Below, one piece after another: positions 1 through 10,098 of a DNA stretch of 64,000 nt. The position numbers and the translations under genes are program-made. Numbering within the stretch: the stretch's first letter is position 1; every line of letters begins with the position of its first letter. The notes beneath the pieces were generated by a model that made no database searches, was not told where the DNA came from, and saw only the letters and a program-made list of their open reading frames with translations. This stretch comes from an uncultured Gammaproteobacteria bacterium (GTDB lineage: Bacteria > Pseudomonadota > Gammaproteobacteria > GCA-002705445 > GCA-002716945), in NCBI GenBank assembly GCA_902521725.1, contig CABYTF010000003.1:81709-145708 (forward strand). Direction: 5' to 3'.

Positions 1-1249
1 GAATTAATGGCCCTATATCTTTAAACTTAAGCTTTAGATCTTCACATGATGACTTAACACAGGCACTTATTGACGGCTTGTCATTGAAATCTATAGTAAA
101 AAATTTAGTAACAATATCTTTCAGTATTTTTATAGTCTGAGTTTTTTCATACTTAGCAATTATATTAAAATCGTAATGAATCTCATCCTGATAAAAATAT
201 GTAATGCTACTAGCAATATTTTTAAGAGAAAATTCTCTCTCAATTCCGAGAAGTAATATATTTTTTAGATAATCATCATTTGATACTTTATTTGGAAGAT
301 TTTGTTCTTGTAAGTATGGAAGTATCTGCTCTGCCACATTATCAATGTCGTCATTTTTTATATAGTATTGATTTAACCAGTTCAATTTATCAATATCAAA
401 ACATGCCGCAGATTTGGTAACCCGACCTAAATCAAAAAGCTCCAATAGTTCCTTAATACTGAAAATTTCTTTATCACCATGCGACCAACCGGTTTTGACT
501 AAATAATTTATCAAAGCATCAACTCTGTAACCCTCCCTGAGAAAATGATTTATATCGACTGCCCCATGTCTTTTGGACAATCTCTTACCATCGGTCCCAT
601 GAATCATAGGAAGGTGACAAAAGATAGGAACATTTGCCTCAAATGATTTGAAAAGATTTACTTGTACAGGTAAGTTACTTAAGTGATCATCTCCTCTGAT
701 GAGATGCGTTATTTCCATATCAATGTCATCTACTACAGACGTAAGATTATAAGTAGGTACACCATTTGATCTAAGAATTACAACATCAAAAAAAACTTTT
801 GGATCAAATTTTATTTCTCCGTGAACAGAATCACTGATGCTAATTATATTTTCTCTCTGATTCCTAAATCTGATAACATATCCTTCTTTGTTAAGCCTAT
901 TATCATAGGCAAGAGCTAAATCAGTCTCTCTTGTCTTTTCATTTTTCTCCACTTTGTCATAGTAAGCTAAATCTTTGTTGAGAAGTTCCTCAACCTTATC
1001 AATGTAGTGACTGAATCTCTGTGATTGATAAGTAATTTCATCATCATGTTCCAGGCCAAGTTGTTTGAGTGCTGAGATGATTGAGTCTTTGAATTCATCT
1101 GTACTTCTGGAAGTGTCCGTATCATCTATTCTAAGGAAGAATTTTCCTTTATTTTTTCTTGCATACAACCAGCTATATAGAGCTGTTCTAACACCTCCTA
1201 TATGAAGCCATCCAGTGGGACTAGGTGCAAATCTTGTGTTTACTGTCAT
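1..1249 (-). CDS. gltX: Glutamate--tRNA ligase (3' end runs off the window)
   Basis: Not in the ORF track. Hand translation from ATG 1249 gives MTVNTRFAPSPTGWLHIGGVRTALYSWLYA..LRIDDTD, later GKRLSKRHGA (HIGH/KMSKS-type motifs). Overlaps the tldE-like stop (ATGA). Confidence 0.95.
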   Translation of the reverse strand, partial: MTVNTRFAPSPTGWLHIGGVRTALYSWLYARKNKGKFFLRIDDTDTSRSTDEFKDSIISALKQLGLEHDDEITYQSQRFSHYIDKVEELLNKDLAYYDKVEKNEKTRETDLALAYDNRLNKEGYVIRFRNQRENIISISDSVHGEIKFDPKVFFDVVILRSNGVPTYNLTSVVDDIDMEITHLIRGDDHLSNLPVQVNLFKSFEANVPIFCHLPMIHGTDGKRLSKRHGAVDINHFLREGYRVDALINYLVKTGWSHGDKEIFSIKELLELFDLGRVTKSAACFDIDKLNWLNQYYIKNDDIDNVAEQILPYLQEQNLPNKVSNDDYLKNILLLGIEREFSLKNIASSITYFYQDEIHYDFNIIAKYEKTQTIKILKDIVTKFFTIDFNDKPSISACVKSSCEDLKLKFKDIGPLI

Positions 1250-2574
1250 AAGGTCATCTTAAAATTATCTACTACTGCTCCAGGCAATCTAGCACTTGAT
1301 GTTGATCTTTCTTCATATGTTCCAGAATCAATCAATAATTCTCTGTTTGATGTGAGACCTATTAGGTTTTCACCAAGCATACTATATACACTGTCATCAA
1401 AACGCATAGTATTTATAGGGGCTGTAAGTTGACCATTCTCTACTACAAAACACCCGAACCTAGTTAACCCAGTCATCCTTGCATTATTTCGATCAGAAAA
1501 GTTTAGATACCAGAGATTACTTATATAGAGTCCATTATTGATTGTGCTTAAGATTGCATCATCATCGATAGCACCTGCTCTCATATCAATAGAATAGGGA
1601 TACTCAGAGATACTTGATGCATTATGAGCCACCGAGTATTCAAGAGATGACCGTGGAGAAGTTAGAGATTCAGTAAACTCTCCGTCTTTGATCATATTTA
1701 TTACGTCTGGCTTTATAAAGCCATCAGAACTGAAGTTAGCAGAAATCCCACCTTTAATGTTTTCATCAATTGATACTGAAGCATGGAGTGTTTTTTCGCC
1801 TTTACTCAATAAATGCAATGGGCTTGTCCCAATTTTGTTTGCTTTATAGCTAAATCCTCCCCAAGACATCATGTCAATTATTTCATTTAATGCTGACGGT
1901 TCTAAATATACCGTGTATTCACCTTTTGGTATGGTCCTAGGTGATTGGGATAATATTTTGAGTTTTTTGATTCCTTGGTCAAGGTTAGTTTCAAATTCCT
2001 CATTATTCCATTTTTTGGAAGAATAATTTAACTTTATTGCATTATTATTTTCATTATATATCGAATAATCAAAACTGAAAGAGTAATCACTATGCCAATT
2101 AAACTGACCTAATGAATTGGCTAGCCCTGTGTAAATATAGCCTGACGAATATATTCCTACTAGATCTAAGCTCGCAATCTTTGGGAGTATATAATCTAAA
2201 TTCTCTTCATCATTAATGTACTTTTTATCATCAGAAACCTCAGTCGATTGAACAGATTTTGAGAATAACAAGTAAGGGTCTTTTGGTAGGTCAGGAAGTT
2301 CTCTTCTCAAATAATTAAGTGTTTTTATAAGAGTTGATAGATCTTTATCGAAACTACCGTTTAATCGAACATAGGATTTCAAATTTCTCTTATCACGATT
2401 CGAAAGGCTAAGAGACATTGATATTTGCTTAACATTGCCAGGTTGTCTAATTTTTGCTTTATTCAATCTAACAAAATTTGAGACCTCAGCATCAAAATTG
2501 AGTATTAAAAATTCGTCTTTTTGAATATGCTTAAATAATTTCTGAGCTATATTTTCAAAATAATCTCTCATCAC
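1246..2574 (-). CDS. TldE/PmbA-family metallopeptidase partner subunit
   Basis: C-terminal TGLTRFGCFVVENG..PINTMRF pattern; translationally coupled to TldD. Confidence 0.8.
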   Translation of the reverse strand: MMRDYFENIAQKLFKHIQKDEFLILNFDAEVSNFVRLNKAKIRQPGNVKQISMSLSLSNRDKRNLKSYVRLNGSFDKDLSTLIKTLNYLRRELPDLPKDPYLLFSKSVQSTEVSDDKKYINDEENLDYILPKIASLDLVGIYSSGYIYTGLANSLGQFNWHSDYSFSFDYSIYNENNNAIKLNYSSKKWNNEEFETNLDQGIKKLKILSQSPRTIPKGEYTVYLEPSALNEIIDMMSWGGFSYKANKIGTSPLHLLSKGEKTLHASVSIDENIKGGISANFSSDGFIKPDVINMIKDGEFTESLTSPRSSLEYSVAHNASSISEYPYSIDMRAGAIDDDAILSTINNGLYISNLWYLNFSDRNNARMTGLTRFGCFVVENGQLTAPINTMRFDDSVYSMLGENLIGLTSNRELLIDSGTYEERSTSSARLPGAVVDNFKMTL

Positions 2575-4004
2575 TCCCCACCAAAAATATCAATTTCTCT
2601 GAATAAACATGGTGGTGTAGCATGACCGACGAAAATAGTTTGATTCGGCTCTCCCTTTCCACAATTTGCTGTGCCTAGAATAGAAAAAGATGTTTCATCC
2701 CCTACCATAGATAGGTTATGCCAAAATTCTTTTGTAATTCCTCGATAGTTTGGATTTTTTGTTACAGATTTTAGTTCACCATTTTTAATAACTGTTCCTT
2801 TCTCGCAACCAAATTGGAATTTATTTCTGTAATCATCAATTGACCAAGAATTATTCGTTTCAAGTAAAATGCCATCTTCCACAGAAGCTATCATTTCAGA
2901 AAATGATGACTCTCCTGGCTCAAGATTTATATTTCCCATCCTATCAATTGGAGGTCTATTCCAACTTGTTGCACGAGAGCATGCCACATAATCTTGATTA
3001 ACTCTTTGAGAAGAATAAAAGCCTCCGATTGGTCTCTCCAGTATTCCGTCTTTGATAAGATATTTTTTAGTCGCAGCAGTTCCATCATCGTCATAATTAT
3101 ATGTCGCTAGCTCAGATTCTTGGTTTGGATTGAATGAAATATTTAATTTATCAGATCCATATTTATACTCTCCAAACATATCTAAGTTCACAAAACTAGA
3201 TCCGGCATAGTTTCTCTCATCGCCCAGTATTCTATCTAGCTCAAGTGGGTGTCCAATTGATTCATGTATTTGAAGAATCATTTGATCGGGGGCGATTAAT
3301 GCATCCATTTTAGAGTCAGGGCAATTAGGTGCCATTGATAACTCTATGGCATCATTCGCGATTTGCTCTGCTTTTGTAATTAGATCTGAGTCTCTCAGAA
3401 AATTGTAACCAATCTGTCTAGCATGGGCATGACCACCGAATGTTCGCGTTTGTATTTGTTTCTTATACTCAGCACATGCAACCAGCTGCGGCAGAATATA
3501 TGATATGTTTTGTCTGATATCGCTGCCGTTCGTATCAGTAAAAAGTGTTTCAATCTTATTATATCTGAAGCTAGCCCCCCAATTAGAAATTGTAGGTTTT
3601 GATTTGAGGGATTTATTAATCTGCATGAGGTAATCAACTTTATCTTTGTTAGACTCCTTCGCCCAGCTATCCTTTTCGTGTGTAAAGTATTTACCATCGT
3701 CTGTTCTCATAGAGGGAGGGTGTGGCACATGTACTAATTTTCCTGATGAATACTCTGCCCACTTTTTTGCTTCCTCGATAGCTTTTAGAATTCCCTCGCG
3801 TGTGAGATCACTACTTGCACCATATCCGTAACCTCCATTATGAATTATGGTTACCATTACCCCCTCATCTTCTAAAATTTCTATAGGCTCAAGAACATTT
3901 CTTGTGACAGAGACAATATTTGTGTATTTGTTCACAAATCTAAACGAACAATAGTCAACACTGGGAAAATAAGCACTTATCTGTTTGAGAAATTCGTTTT
4001 TCAT
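2571..4004 (-). CDS. tldD: TldD-family metalloprotease
   Basis: HESIGHPLELDR zinc motif and C-terminal CGKGEP. Confidence 0.88.
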   Translation of the reverse strand: MKNEFLKQISAYFPSVDYCSFRFVNKYTNIVSVTRNVLEPIEILEDEGVMVTIIHNGGYGYGASSDLTREGILKAIEEAKKWAEYSSGKLVHVPHPPSMRTDDGKYFTHEKDSWAKESNKDKVDYLMQINKSLKSKPTISNWGASFRYNKIETLFTDTNGSDIRQNISYILPQLVACAEYKKQIQTRTFGGHAHARQIGYNFLRDSDLITKAEQIANDAIELSMAPNCPDSKMDALIAPDQMILQIHESIGHPLELDRILGDERNYAGSSFVNLDMFGEYKYGSDKLNISFNPNQESELATYNYDDDGTAATKKYLIKDGILERPIGGFYSSQRVNQDYVACSRATSWNRPPIDRMGNINLEPGESSFSEMIASVEDGILLETNNSWSIDDYRNKFQFGCEKGTVIKNGELKSVTKNPNYRGITKEFWHNLSMVGDETSFSILGTANCGKGEPNQTIFVGHATPPCLFREIDIFGGE

Positions 4005-4043
4005 GATTTAACAAGAAATACATTGTATCATTTAAGTGTAATT

Positions 4044-4997
4044 ATGCATAAAATTTATCCACTCATAGAAAGCACTGACTTTCCACATATAGAGAGAGAT
4101 GACCTTAATATATTACAGGTTAATCTTGGTTATAAATGTAATCAGAGATGTCTCCACTGTCACGTTAATGCTGGTCCTAATAGGAAAGAAATGATGGATC
4201 TGAAAACTATCAATGAAGTGATAAAATTTTCAGTAGATAATAATATCAAAATAATCGATTTAACAGGTGGTGCACCAGAAATAAATAAGCACTTCAAATA
4301 TATTGTCCAGACTTGTAAAGAAAATAATATCCATATCATCGATAGGTGCAATCTAACAATCCTTGAAAGTGAGGGCATGAGAGATCTACCAAAATTTTTA
4401 GCAAAACATAAAATTGAGATAATTGCTTCACTACCTTGTTATATTGAAGAAAATGTAAATTCCCAACGTGGAGAAGGTGTTTTCAAGCAAAGCATCGAAG
4501 CGTTGAAAAAACTTAATTCACTTGGATATGGAAAGGATGAGGAATTAATATTGAATTTAGTCTATAACCCACAAGGCCCTGAATTACCACCAGAGCAAAG
4601 TAAACTGCAAGTCGACTATAAAAATTTTCTTGGTGAAAAATATAAGATATTTTTTAATAAACTTTATACAATTACAAATATGCCAATTAGTAGATTTGGA
4701 AGTACATTAGTCAGTAAAAAAATATTCCATGACTACATGAGTCTACTCAAGAATTCTTTTTCTAGCTTAGCATTGAAACAAGTAATGTGCAGAGGGCTCA
4801 TCAGCATAGATTATAATGGCTATGTTTATGATTGTGACTTCAATCAGATGCTTGATATGCCTCTGTCTGGTAAAAGAACCCATATATCAGAAGTTAATAT
4901 GAAAAGCCTCAAAGGAAAAAAGATTGCGACAGCTGACCACTGTTATGGTTGTACTGCTGGAACAGGAAGTAGTTGCTCTGGATCTTTAGTTCAATAG
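4044..4997 (+). CDS. arsS: Radical SAM/Cys-rich protein, arsenosugar biosynthesis ArsS family (DUF3641)
   Basis: CNQRCLHC radical SAM motif, YDCDFNQML, C-terminal HCYGCTAGTGSSCSG. ATG 4044 preferred over TTG 4023. Confidence 0.85.
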   Translation: MHKIYPLIESTDFPHIERDDLNILQVNLGYKCNQRCLHCHVNAGPNRKEMMDLKTINEVIKFSVDNNIKIIDLTGGAPEINKHFKYIVQTCKENNIHIIDRCNLTILESEGMRDLPKFLAKHKIEIIASLPCYIEENVNSQRGEGVFKQSIEALKKLNSLGYGKDEELILNLVYNPQGPELPPEQSKLQVDYKNFLGEKYKIFFNKLYTITNMPISRFGSTLVSKKIFHDYMSLLKNSFSSLALKQVMCRGLISIDYNGYVYDCDFNQMLDMPLSGKRTHISEVNMKSLKGKKIATADHCYGCTAGTGSSCSGSLVQ

Positions 4998-5669
4998 ATG
5001 AAATTTTCTATTATTATACCCACTTTAAATGAAGAACAAGCACTCAACACTAGCCAGAAGAGTTTAATCGCTTTAAAAAACAAATTAAATGCTGAAATCA
5101 TTATTGTTGATGGAAAAAGCGATGATAACACAACGCCTTTAGCGAAATTAGTTGCTGATAAGTTTTATGATCAATCACCCTCCAGATCAGGCCAGCTGAA
5201 TAAAGGTGCAAGTCATGCTAGTGGCGATTACCTAATATTTCTACATGTTGATACATACATAAATCTGAGAGGATTAGAGGAAATACTGAGTATTGATGAT
5301 GACTTCAATTGGGGATTTTTTAAAATAAGGCTGGATGATTCTCAATTAAAGTATAAATTTCTTTCTTATTGTATAAACCTCAGAAGCAAGATATTTTCTT
5401 ACTCTACTGGAGATCAAGTACTAATTATTAAAAAAGATTTATTTGATGACATCAAGGGTTATCTTGATATTAATTTGATGGAAGACGTAGAAATCACATA
5501 CAGATTAAAAAAAATATGCAAACCAATTTTATTCGAGGGAAATGCTATTAGCTCTCCAAGAAGATGGAAGAAGAATGGTTTTTTTAAAACTATTCTTCAG
5601 ATGAGGATTTTGAGAATGCTCTACCATTTAGGTGTTTGTACAAATAAATTAAATAAATTGTATAAATGA
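4998..5669 (+). CDS. GT2 glycosyltransferase, TIGR04283-like (arsS-associated)
   Basis: SIIIPTLNE, LIFLHVD, GDQ, MEDVE, SPRRW motifs; directly follows arsS. Confidence 0.82.
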   Translation: MKFSIIIPTLNEEQALNTSQKSLIALKNKLNAEIIIVDGKSDDNTTPLAKLVADKFYDQSPSRSGQLNKGASHASGDYLIFLHVDTYINLRGLEEILSIDDDFNWGFFKIRLDDSQLKYKFLSYCINLRSKIFSYSTGDQVLIIKKDLFDDIKGYLDINLMEDVEITYRLKKICKPILFEGNAISSPRRWKKNGFFKTILQMRILRMLYHLGVCTNKLNKLYK

Positions 5670-6250
5670 AATCAATTGTCCATATCTTATCAAAGAATCC
5701 TGATTTATGTGAATGCAAAACACGGTTGAGAGATTTTTTGTCTAACAAAGAACGAGTTTATTTGTCAAAAACTATGTTGACGATGTTATGTTCCGAAATG
5801 AATGAAATTGATGTATTTAAGCTATTGCATTTTTATCCGAGTAATCAAGGAAAGTTCTCAAAAAAGTTATCACAAAGATTTAATATTAACACTACAAGAC
5901 AAATATCAGGCTACTTAAGTGATAAAATATTTTCGGCATTAGATAATACCGACGAATCATACCAAAAAAGAATATTAATAGGGTCTGATGTACCCTCGCT
6001 CTCAAAGCATGATATTAAAGATAGTATTTATTACCTAGATACGTGTGACGTCGTTATAGGACCCTCTAATGATGGTGGATTCTATCTTGTAGGTACGAAA
6101 AATAATTCACACTATATTTTTAAAAATTTAAAGCTTAACAAAATTTCAAAACAGGATATTTTTAGTCTTTGCTCTAGAGAAAAGTTAAGTTTCAAAACAT
6201 TAAGAGTATTGAAAGATATTGATGTTCCTAAGGATCTGCTACTTTTGTAA
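5666..6250 (+). CDS. DUF2064/TIGR04282-like glycosyltransferase (CofC-like fold)
   Basis: CKTRL, IGSDVP, GPSNDGGFYLVG, DID motifs. Confidence 0.8.
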   Translation: MKSIVHILSKNPDLCECKTRLRDFLSNKERVYLSKTMLTMLCSEMNEIDVFKLLHFYPSNQGKFSKKLSQRFNINTTRQISGYLSDKIFSALDNTDESYQKRILIGSDVPSLSKHDIKDSIYYLDTCDVVIGPSNDGGFYLVGTKNNSHYIFKNLKLNKISKQDIFSLCSREKLSFKTLRVLKDIDVPKDLLLL

Positions 6251-6251
6251 C

Positions 6252-6998
6252 TTACTTTTTGTGAAGATCATTTAGTTTTGTATATTTAAGATAGGTATTG
6301 AACATTGTAGTCACTGCGACTTTAAATCCGTTTTTTCCCTGCAAAATACCTCCTTTGATAAAGAGTTTTTTAAAAAATGCAAATAATGCTCTTGTGATGG
6401 GGCGAACATCTGATGGCATCACACCATCTTTATAAAGCTGTCTAGCGCTCATTGAACTTCTGAAGTTCATTTTATCCACCCATTCTGCCATCGACTCATA
6501 TGTTGTATGGACAATATGGCAATTAGTTTTTAGGGTATTATTACTAATTACGGCAGCGTGGTCTGCTCTTGAATCATAGTTAACTCTGCTTTTGTCATAG
6601 AGTCGTGTCACATAATCTGGATAGAAGCCCGCTGCTTTTATCCATTCATCACCGCAATAATTCTTCCTTCTAAATGCAAAGCTATCATAGCTGGTATTAG
6701 ACAAGTCTGTCTTTTTGATAAAATCAATCAAATCCTGGTCAAGGTACTCGTCCGCGTCTAAACTAAAAATCCAGCTATTGGATGCAAAATTAGAAGCCTC
6801 TTTTTTTTGAAGTCCATCGCCAAGAAATTCCTGAGTATAGACTTTTACTCCAGCAGATTTTGCTATATCTCTAGTTGAATCAGTGCTTTTTGAGTCAAGA
6901 ACGATTATTTCATCAGAAATATTTTTTAAACTTTCAATAGCACGAAGGATATATTTCTCAGCATTCAACGTGATAATTGTGCCTGTTATTTTATTCAT
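6252..6998 (-). CDS. GT2 LPS core glycosyltransferase (KdtX/WaaE-like)
   Basis: DSKSTDST, WIFSLDADE, YPDYVTRLY. Confidence 0.8.
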   Translation of the reverse strand: MNKITGTIITLNAEKYILRAIESLKNISDEIIVLDSKSTDSTRDIAKSAGVKVYTQEFLGDGLQKKEASNFASNSWIFSLDADEYLDQDLIDFIKKTDLSNTSYDSFAFRRKNYCGDEWIKAAGFYPDYVTRLYDKSRVNYDSRADHAAVISNNTLKTNCHIVHTTYESMAEWVDKMNFRSSMSARQLYKDGVMPSDVRPITRALFAFFKKLFIKGGILQGKNGFKVAVTTMFNTYLKYTKLNDLHKK

Positions 6999-8086
6999 TT
7001 TTCGCTACCCATTATCAATTCCTCGAATTTAACAAAGTGTTTATCATAATCATATCGCTCATTCGCAAACTGAGAAGCTTTATTTACTAACTGTTTAGTT
7101 GATTCTTTTTTTTCTATTATAAAATCAATTCTTTTTTGAAGATCTGTATAGTTTTTTGATTCAAAGAGTAATCCATTTTCTTGATGATTTATAATCTCAG
7201 GTACTCCGCCAGCATTGCTACCTATTACAGGAACTTCCATCATCATAGCCTCTGCAACAATTAAACCAAATGTCTCTTCGTAGGTAGGAAGTATTATCAA
7301 ATCGAAACAAGGCATGTATGACATGGGGGAATCTACAAAATCAATAAAATGAACATGATGATGTATATTAAGACGTAATGCATCGTCTTGAAGTCTCTGT
7401 TTATATGAATTATCCATGGAGTATCCAATAATACATAACTGTATTTCATGCTCACTCTGAGAAATCGCATTCAACACAAGATGTTGCCCCTTTTGCTCTT
7501 CAATTCTTGAGAATACACCAATCAAAAATATAGAATTATCTAGATCGTTATCGGAATAGAATTTTTCCTTATCTACTAATGAATCTTTTGATGGTATATT
7601 TATTCCATACTCCAACACATGAATTTTAGATTTGTCAATTGGTAAATAATCACATGCTTCATAATATAGTTTTTTGGTTATAACTAGAAAAACATCAATA
7701 TTACTATATACAAATTTATGGTAAAGATCTCTTTTTGGGCGAGATATCTTCATCTGCCGATAAAATACAATTTTAAGATATTTTTTTGAAAATACTTTTA
7801 AAAGAATTGCCAGAAATAGATCTTTAGACCAGCTTACATGAATTATATCTATATCTTTATCGACTATGTATTTTCTTAGCTTAAGGAAATTTAAAATATT
7901 ATTGATAAAGCCTCTAGGGTTACACTCTAACTTATTCTCAATAATATTTTTAGTAATATATGAGTTTCTTGTGCAAGCGACAAATAAATTATCATTGTTA
8001 TAATATCTAGCAAATTTCAGAAAATATAGCTCTAGTCCACCCTGATCTGGAGACATACATAGAGCTAGCATCTTATTCATAATCAT
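6995..8086 (-). CDS. GT4 glycosyltransferase (LPS core)
   Basis: ETFGLIVAEAM..PVIGSNAGGVPEII GT-B signature. Confidence 0.85.
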   Translation of the reverse strand: MIMNKMLALCMSPDQGGLELYFLKFARYYNNDNLFVACTRNSYITKNIIENKLECNPRGFINNILNFLKLRKYIVDKDIDIIHVSWSKDLFLAILLKVFSKKYLKIVFYRQMKISRPKRDLYHKFVYSNIDVFLVITKKLYYEACDYLPIDKSKIHVLEYGINIPSKDSLVDKEKFYSDNDLDNSIFLIGVFSRIEEQKGQHLVLNAISQSEHEIQLCIIGYSMDNSYKQRLQDDALRLNIHHHVHFIDFVDSPMSYMPCFDLIILPTYEETFGLIVAEAMMMEVPVIGSNAGGVPEIINHQENGLLFESKNYTDLQKRIDFIIEKKESTKQLVNKASQFANERYDYDKHFVKFEELIMGSEK

Positions 8087-8172
8087 ATTTTTCTAAATCA
8101 TTATAATCTTAATAAACTATTAAGGACAAAGAATAATTTGTAAGTAGTAGAATTTATTGGTGTAATAAAGAA

Positions 8173-9126
8173 ATGAGAAAACTCTTAGTTGTAAGAAATG
8201 ATAAGCTAGGTGATTTGATTTTGATCTTACCTGCCCTAAAGTTGATAAAATCCTCGTGTTCTAATATTCAAATTGATTGTTTAGTCGATAAGAAATACTC
8301 CGAAATAAGCTCAATAACGAAATATATTGATGCTACTATTTATGATGATACGAATTTAGTAGAAGTCATAAATAATAATAATTATGACTTTTCGATCTCT
8401 TTTTACTCTTCATTTGTTACTAGTTACAAATTATGGCTTTCAAATATCCCAAAAAGATATGCGCCTGCAACAAAACTTGCTCAGATTTTTCACAACAAAA
8501 AAATTAAACAAAATAGATCGCTGTCACTCAAATCTGAGTATGAGTATAATAATGCTCTTGCTAAATTTTTTCTCAAAGACAACTTCTATAAGATCCTACC
8601 AGCAGACAATTCTTATATATCATTAAATGAAAAAAGTATATCGAGTAAAAATAAGATACTGATTTTTATTCATCCATTTACTGGTGGATCCTCAAAAACT
8701 CTGTCTGGAGATGATTTTATTCAGCTTTGTTTTGAACTAGATAGGAATGTAAATTGTAAATTTATTTTGCATTGTGCTACTGACGATTACGTTAAATGCC
8801 AAAAACTAGCAGAAAAAGCAGAGGGACTAGATATAAGTACTATTGATCCTACAAATAACCTGATTGAAATGTACAAAAATATAAATAGTTGTGACTTGTT
8901 TATTGCAGGGTCTACAGGACCGTTACATGTTGCAGCATCATTGAATAAGAAGACTGTGGGTTTTTATCCATCGAAGCAGTCATCGACTTTAGTCAGATGG
9001 GATACGATAAATGATAGGAAAAATAAATTAACCTATAGTGATACTGGAAATGATAAGAATTTTATAAAAGTTGATCTTAAAAAGATAGCAAATGAAATCA
9101 GCAGGGATTTACTTAACCAATTGTAA
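8173..9126 (+). CDS. GT9 heptosyltransferase-family protein
   Basis: VRNDKLGDLIL and STGPLHVAASL. Confidence 0.85.
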   Translation: MRKLLVVRNDKLGDLILILPALKLIKSSCSNIQIDCLVDKKYSEISSITKYIDATIYDDTNLVEVINNNNYDFSISFYSSFVTSYKLWLSNIPKRYAPATKLAQIFHNKKIKQNRSLSLKSEYEYNNALAKFFLKDNFYKILPADNSYISLNEKSISSKNKILIFIHPFTGGSSKTLSGDDFIQLCFELDRNVNCKFILHCATDDYVKCQKLAEKAEGLDISTIDPTNNLIEMYKNINSCDLFIAGSTGPLHVAASLNKKTVGFYPSKQSSTLVRWDTINDRKNKLTYSDTGNDKNFIKVDLKKIANEISRDLLNQL

Positions 9127-10098
9127 AATTGAATTCTTTACGTTATCTACGGTTATATTGTTTAAACAATTCATGTGTCCTAGAGGACAAGTTTTTTTGA
9201 AACATGGACTACAGTTTAAACTCTCATAGTGGGTAATTTTTTTTTCGTCACTTAATAGTGGAGGTGTATAAATAGGTGATGATGATCCATAAATCCCAAC
9301 AACTGGTTTATCTAAAGCTGCTGCCACATGCATAAGACCAGAATCATTTGAAACAACACAACTCGATAACCTTATAATGTCTAAAGCATCAGTTATGGAA
9401 GTTTCGCCAATAAGATCTGATACATTGCTGCTTCCAAGTTCTTGGATATATTTGCTAATAGATTTATCTAATCCCACAAAAATCACTTGATGCTTATCGC
9501 TTATAGTTTTAGCTAAATCAATCCATTTATGGACAGGCCATTTCTTTGCTGGTCCAAATTCCGCATCAGGGCAAAAAACAACATAGTCTTTCTTGAGACT
9601 AAACTTATGATTCAGAGAGTTTTCGCTAACTGTCGACATGATTCTCGGCTTTAGTCTTGGTTGATATCTCTTATTAATGAGATTGAGATATCTATTTACC
9701 ATGCCCTCTTTACGATCTATTGTTTTTACTACTTTATTGATAAGTCCGTACCTAAACTCGCCAAGGTAGCCTATTCTCTTTTTTATTTTAGCAACAAAGG
9801 GAGTGATAGATGATTTAAAACTGTTGGAGAGAATGTAGCATTCTGAATATTTTTTTTCTCTAAGTTTTAATCCTAGCTTAATTCTATAAAAGAGTGATAA
9901 TTTACCATGCCGTGTCTTAGAGACAATAAGTTTAGAAACATTAGGTAGACATTGAGCAAGGTCATAAAGATTCTCATTAACTAATAAGTCTATTGTCACA
10001 TCTTTATTAATCTCTTTTAACGCATTCAATAATGTAAGGCTCATAACTAAGTCTCCAATCCATGCAGGCGCAACAATTAGAATCTTCGAGTTACTCAT
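9109..10098 (-). CDS. waaF: LPS heptosyltransferase II
   Basis: PAWIGDLVMS, AEFGPAKKWP, NDSGLMHVAAAL, CSPCFKKTCPLGH. Confidence 0.9.
   Translation of the reverse strand: MSNSKILIVAPAWIGDLVMSLTLLNALKEINKDVTIDLLVNENLYDLAQCLPNVSKLIVSKTRHGKLSLFYRIKLGLKLREKKYSECYILSNSFKSSITPFVAKIKKRIGYLGEFRYGLINKVVKTIDRKEGMVNRYLNLINKRYQPRLKPRIMSTVSENSLNHKFSLKKDYVVFCPDAEFGPAKKWPVHKWIDLAKTISDKHQVIFVGLDKSISKYIQELGSSNVSDLIGETSITDALDIIRLSSCVVSNDSGLMHVAAALDKPVVGIYGSSSPIYTPPLLSDEKKITHYESLNCSPCFKKTCPLGHMNCLNNITVDNVKNSILQLVK

Noticed and set aside
1246..4997. TldD/E plus adjacent radical SAM as a RiPP cluster
   Set aside because: The rSAM has ArsS/DUF3641 motifs rather than SPASM, is divergently transcribed, and no precursor peptide is visible.
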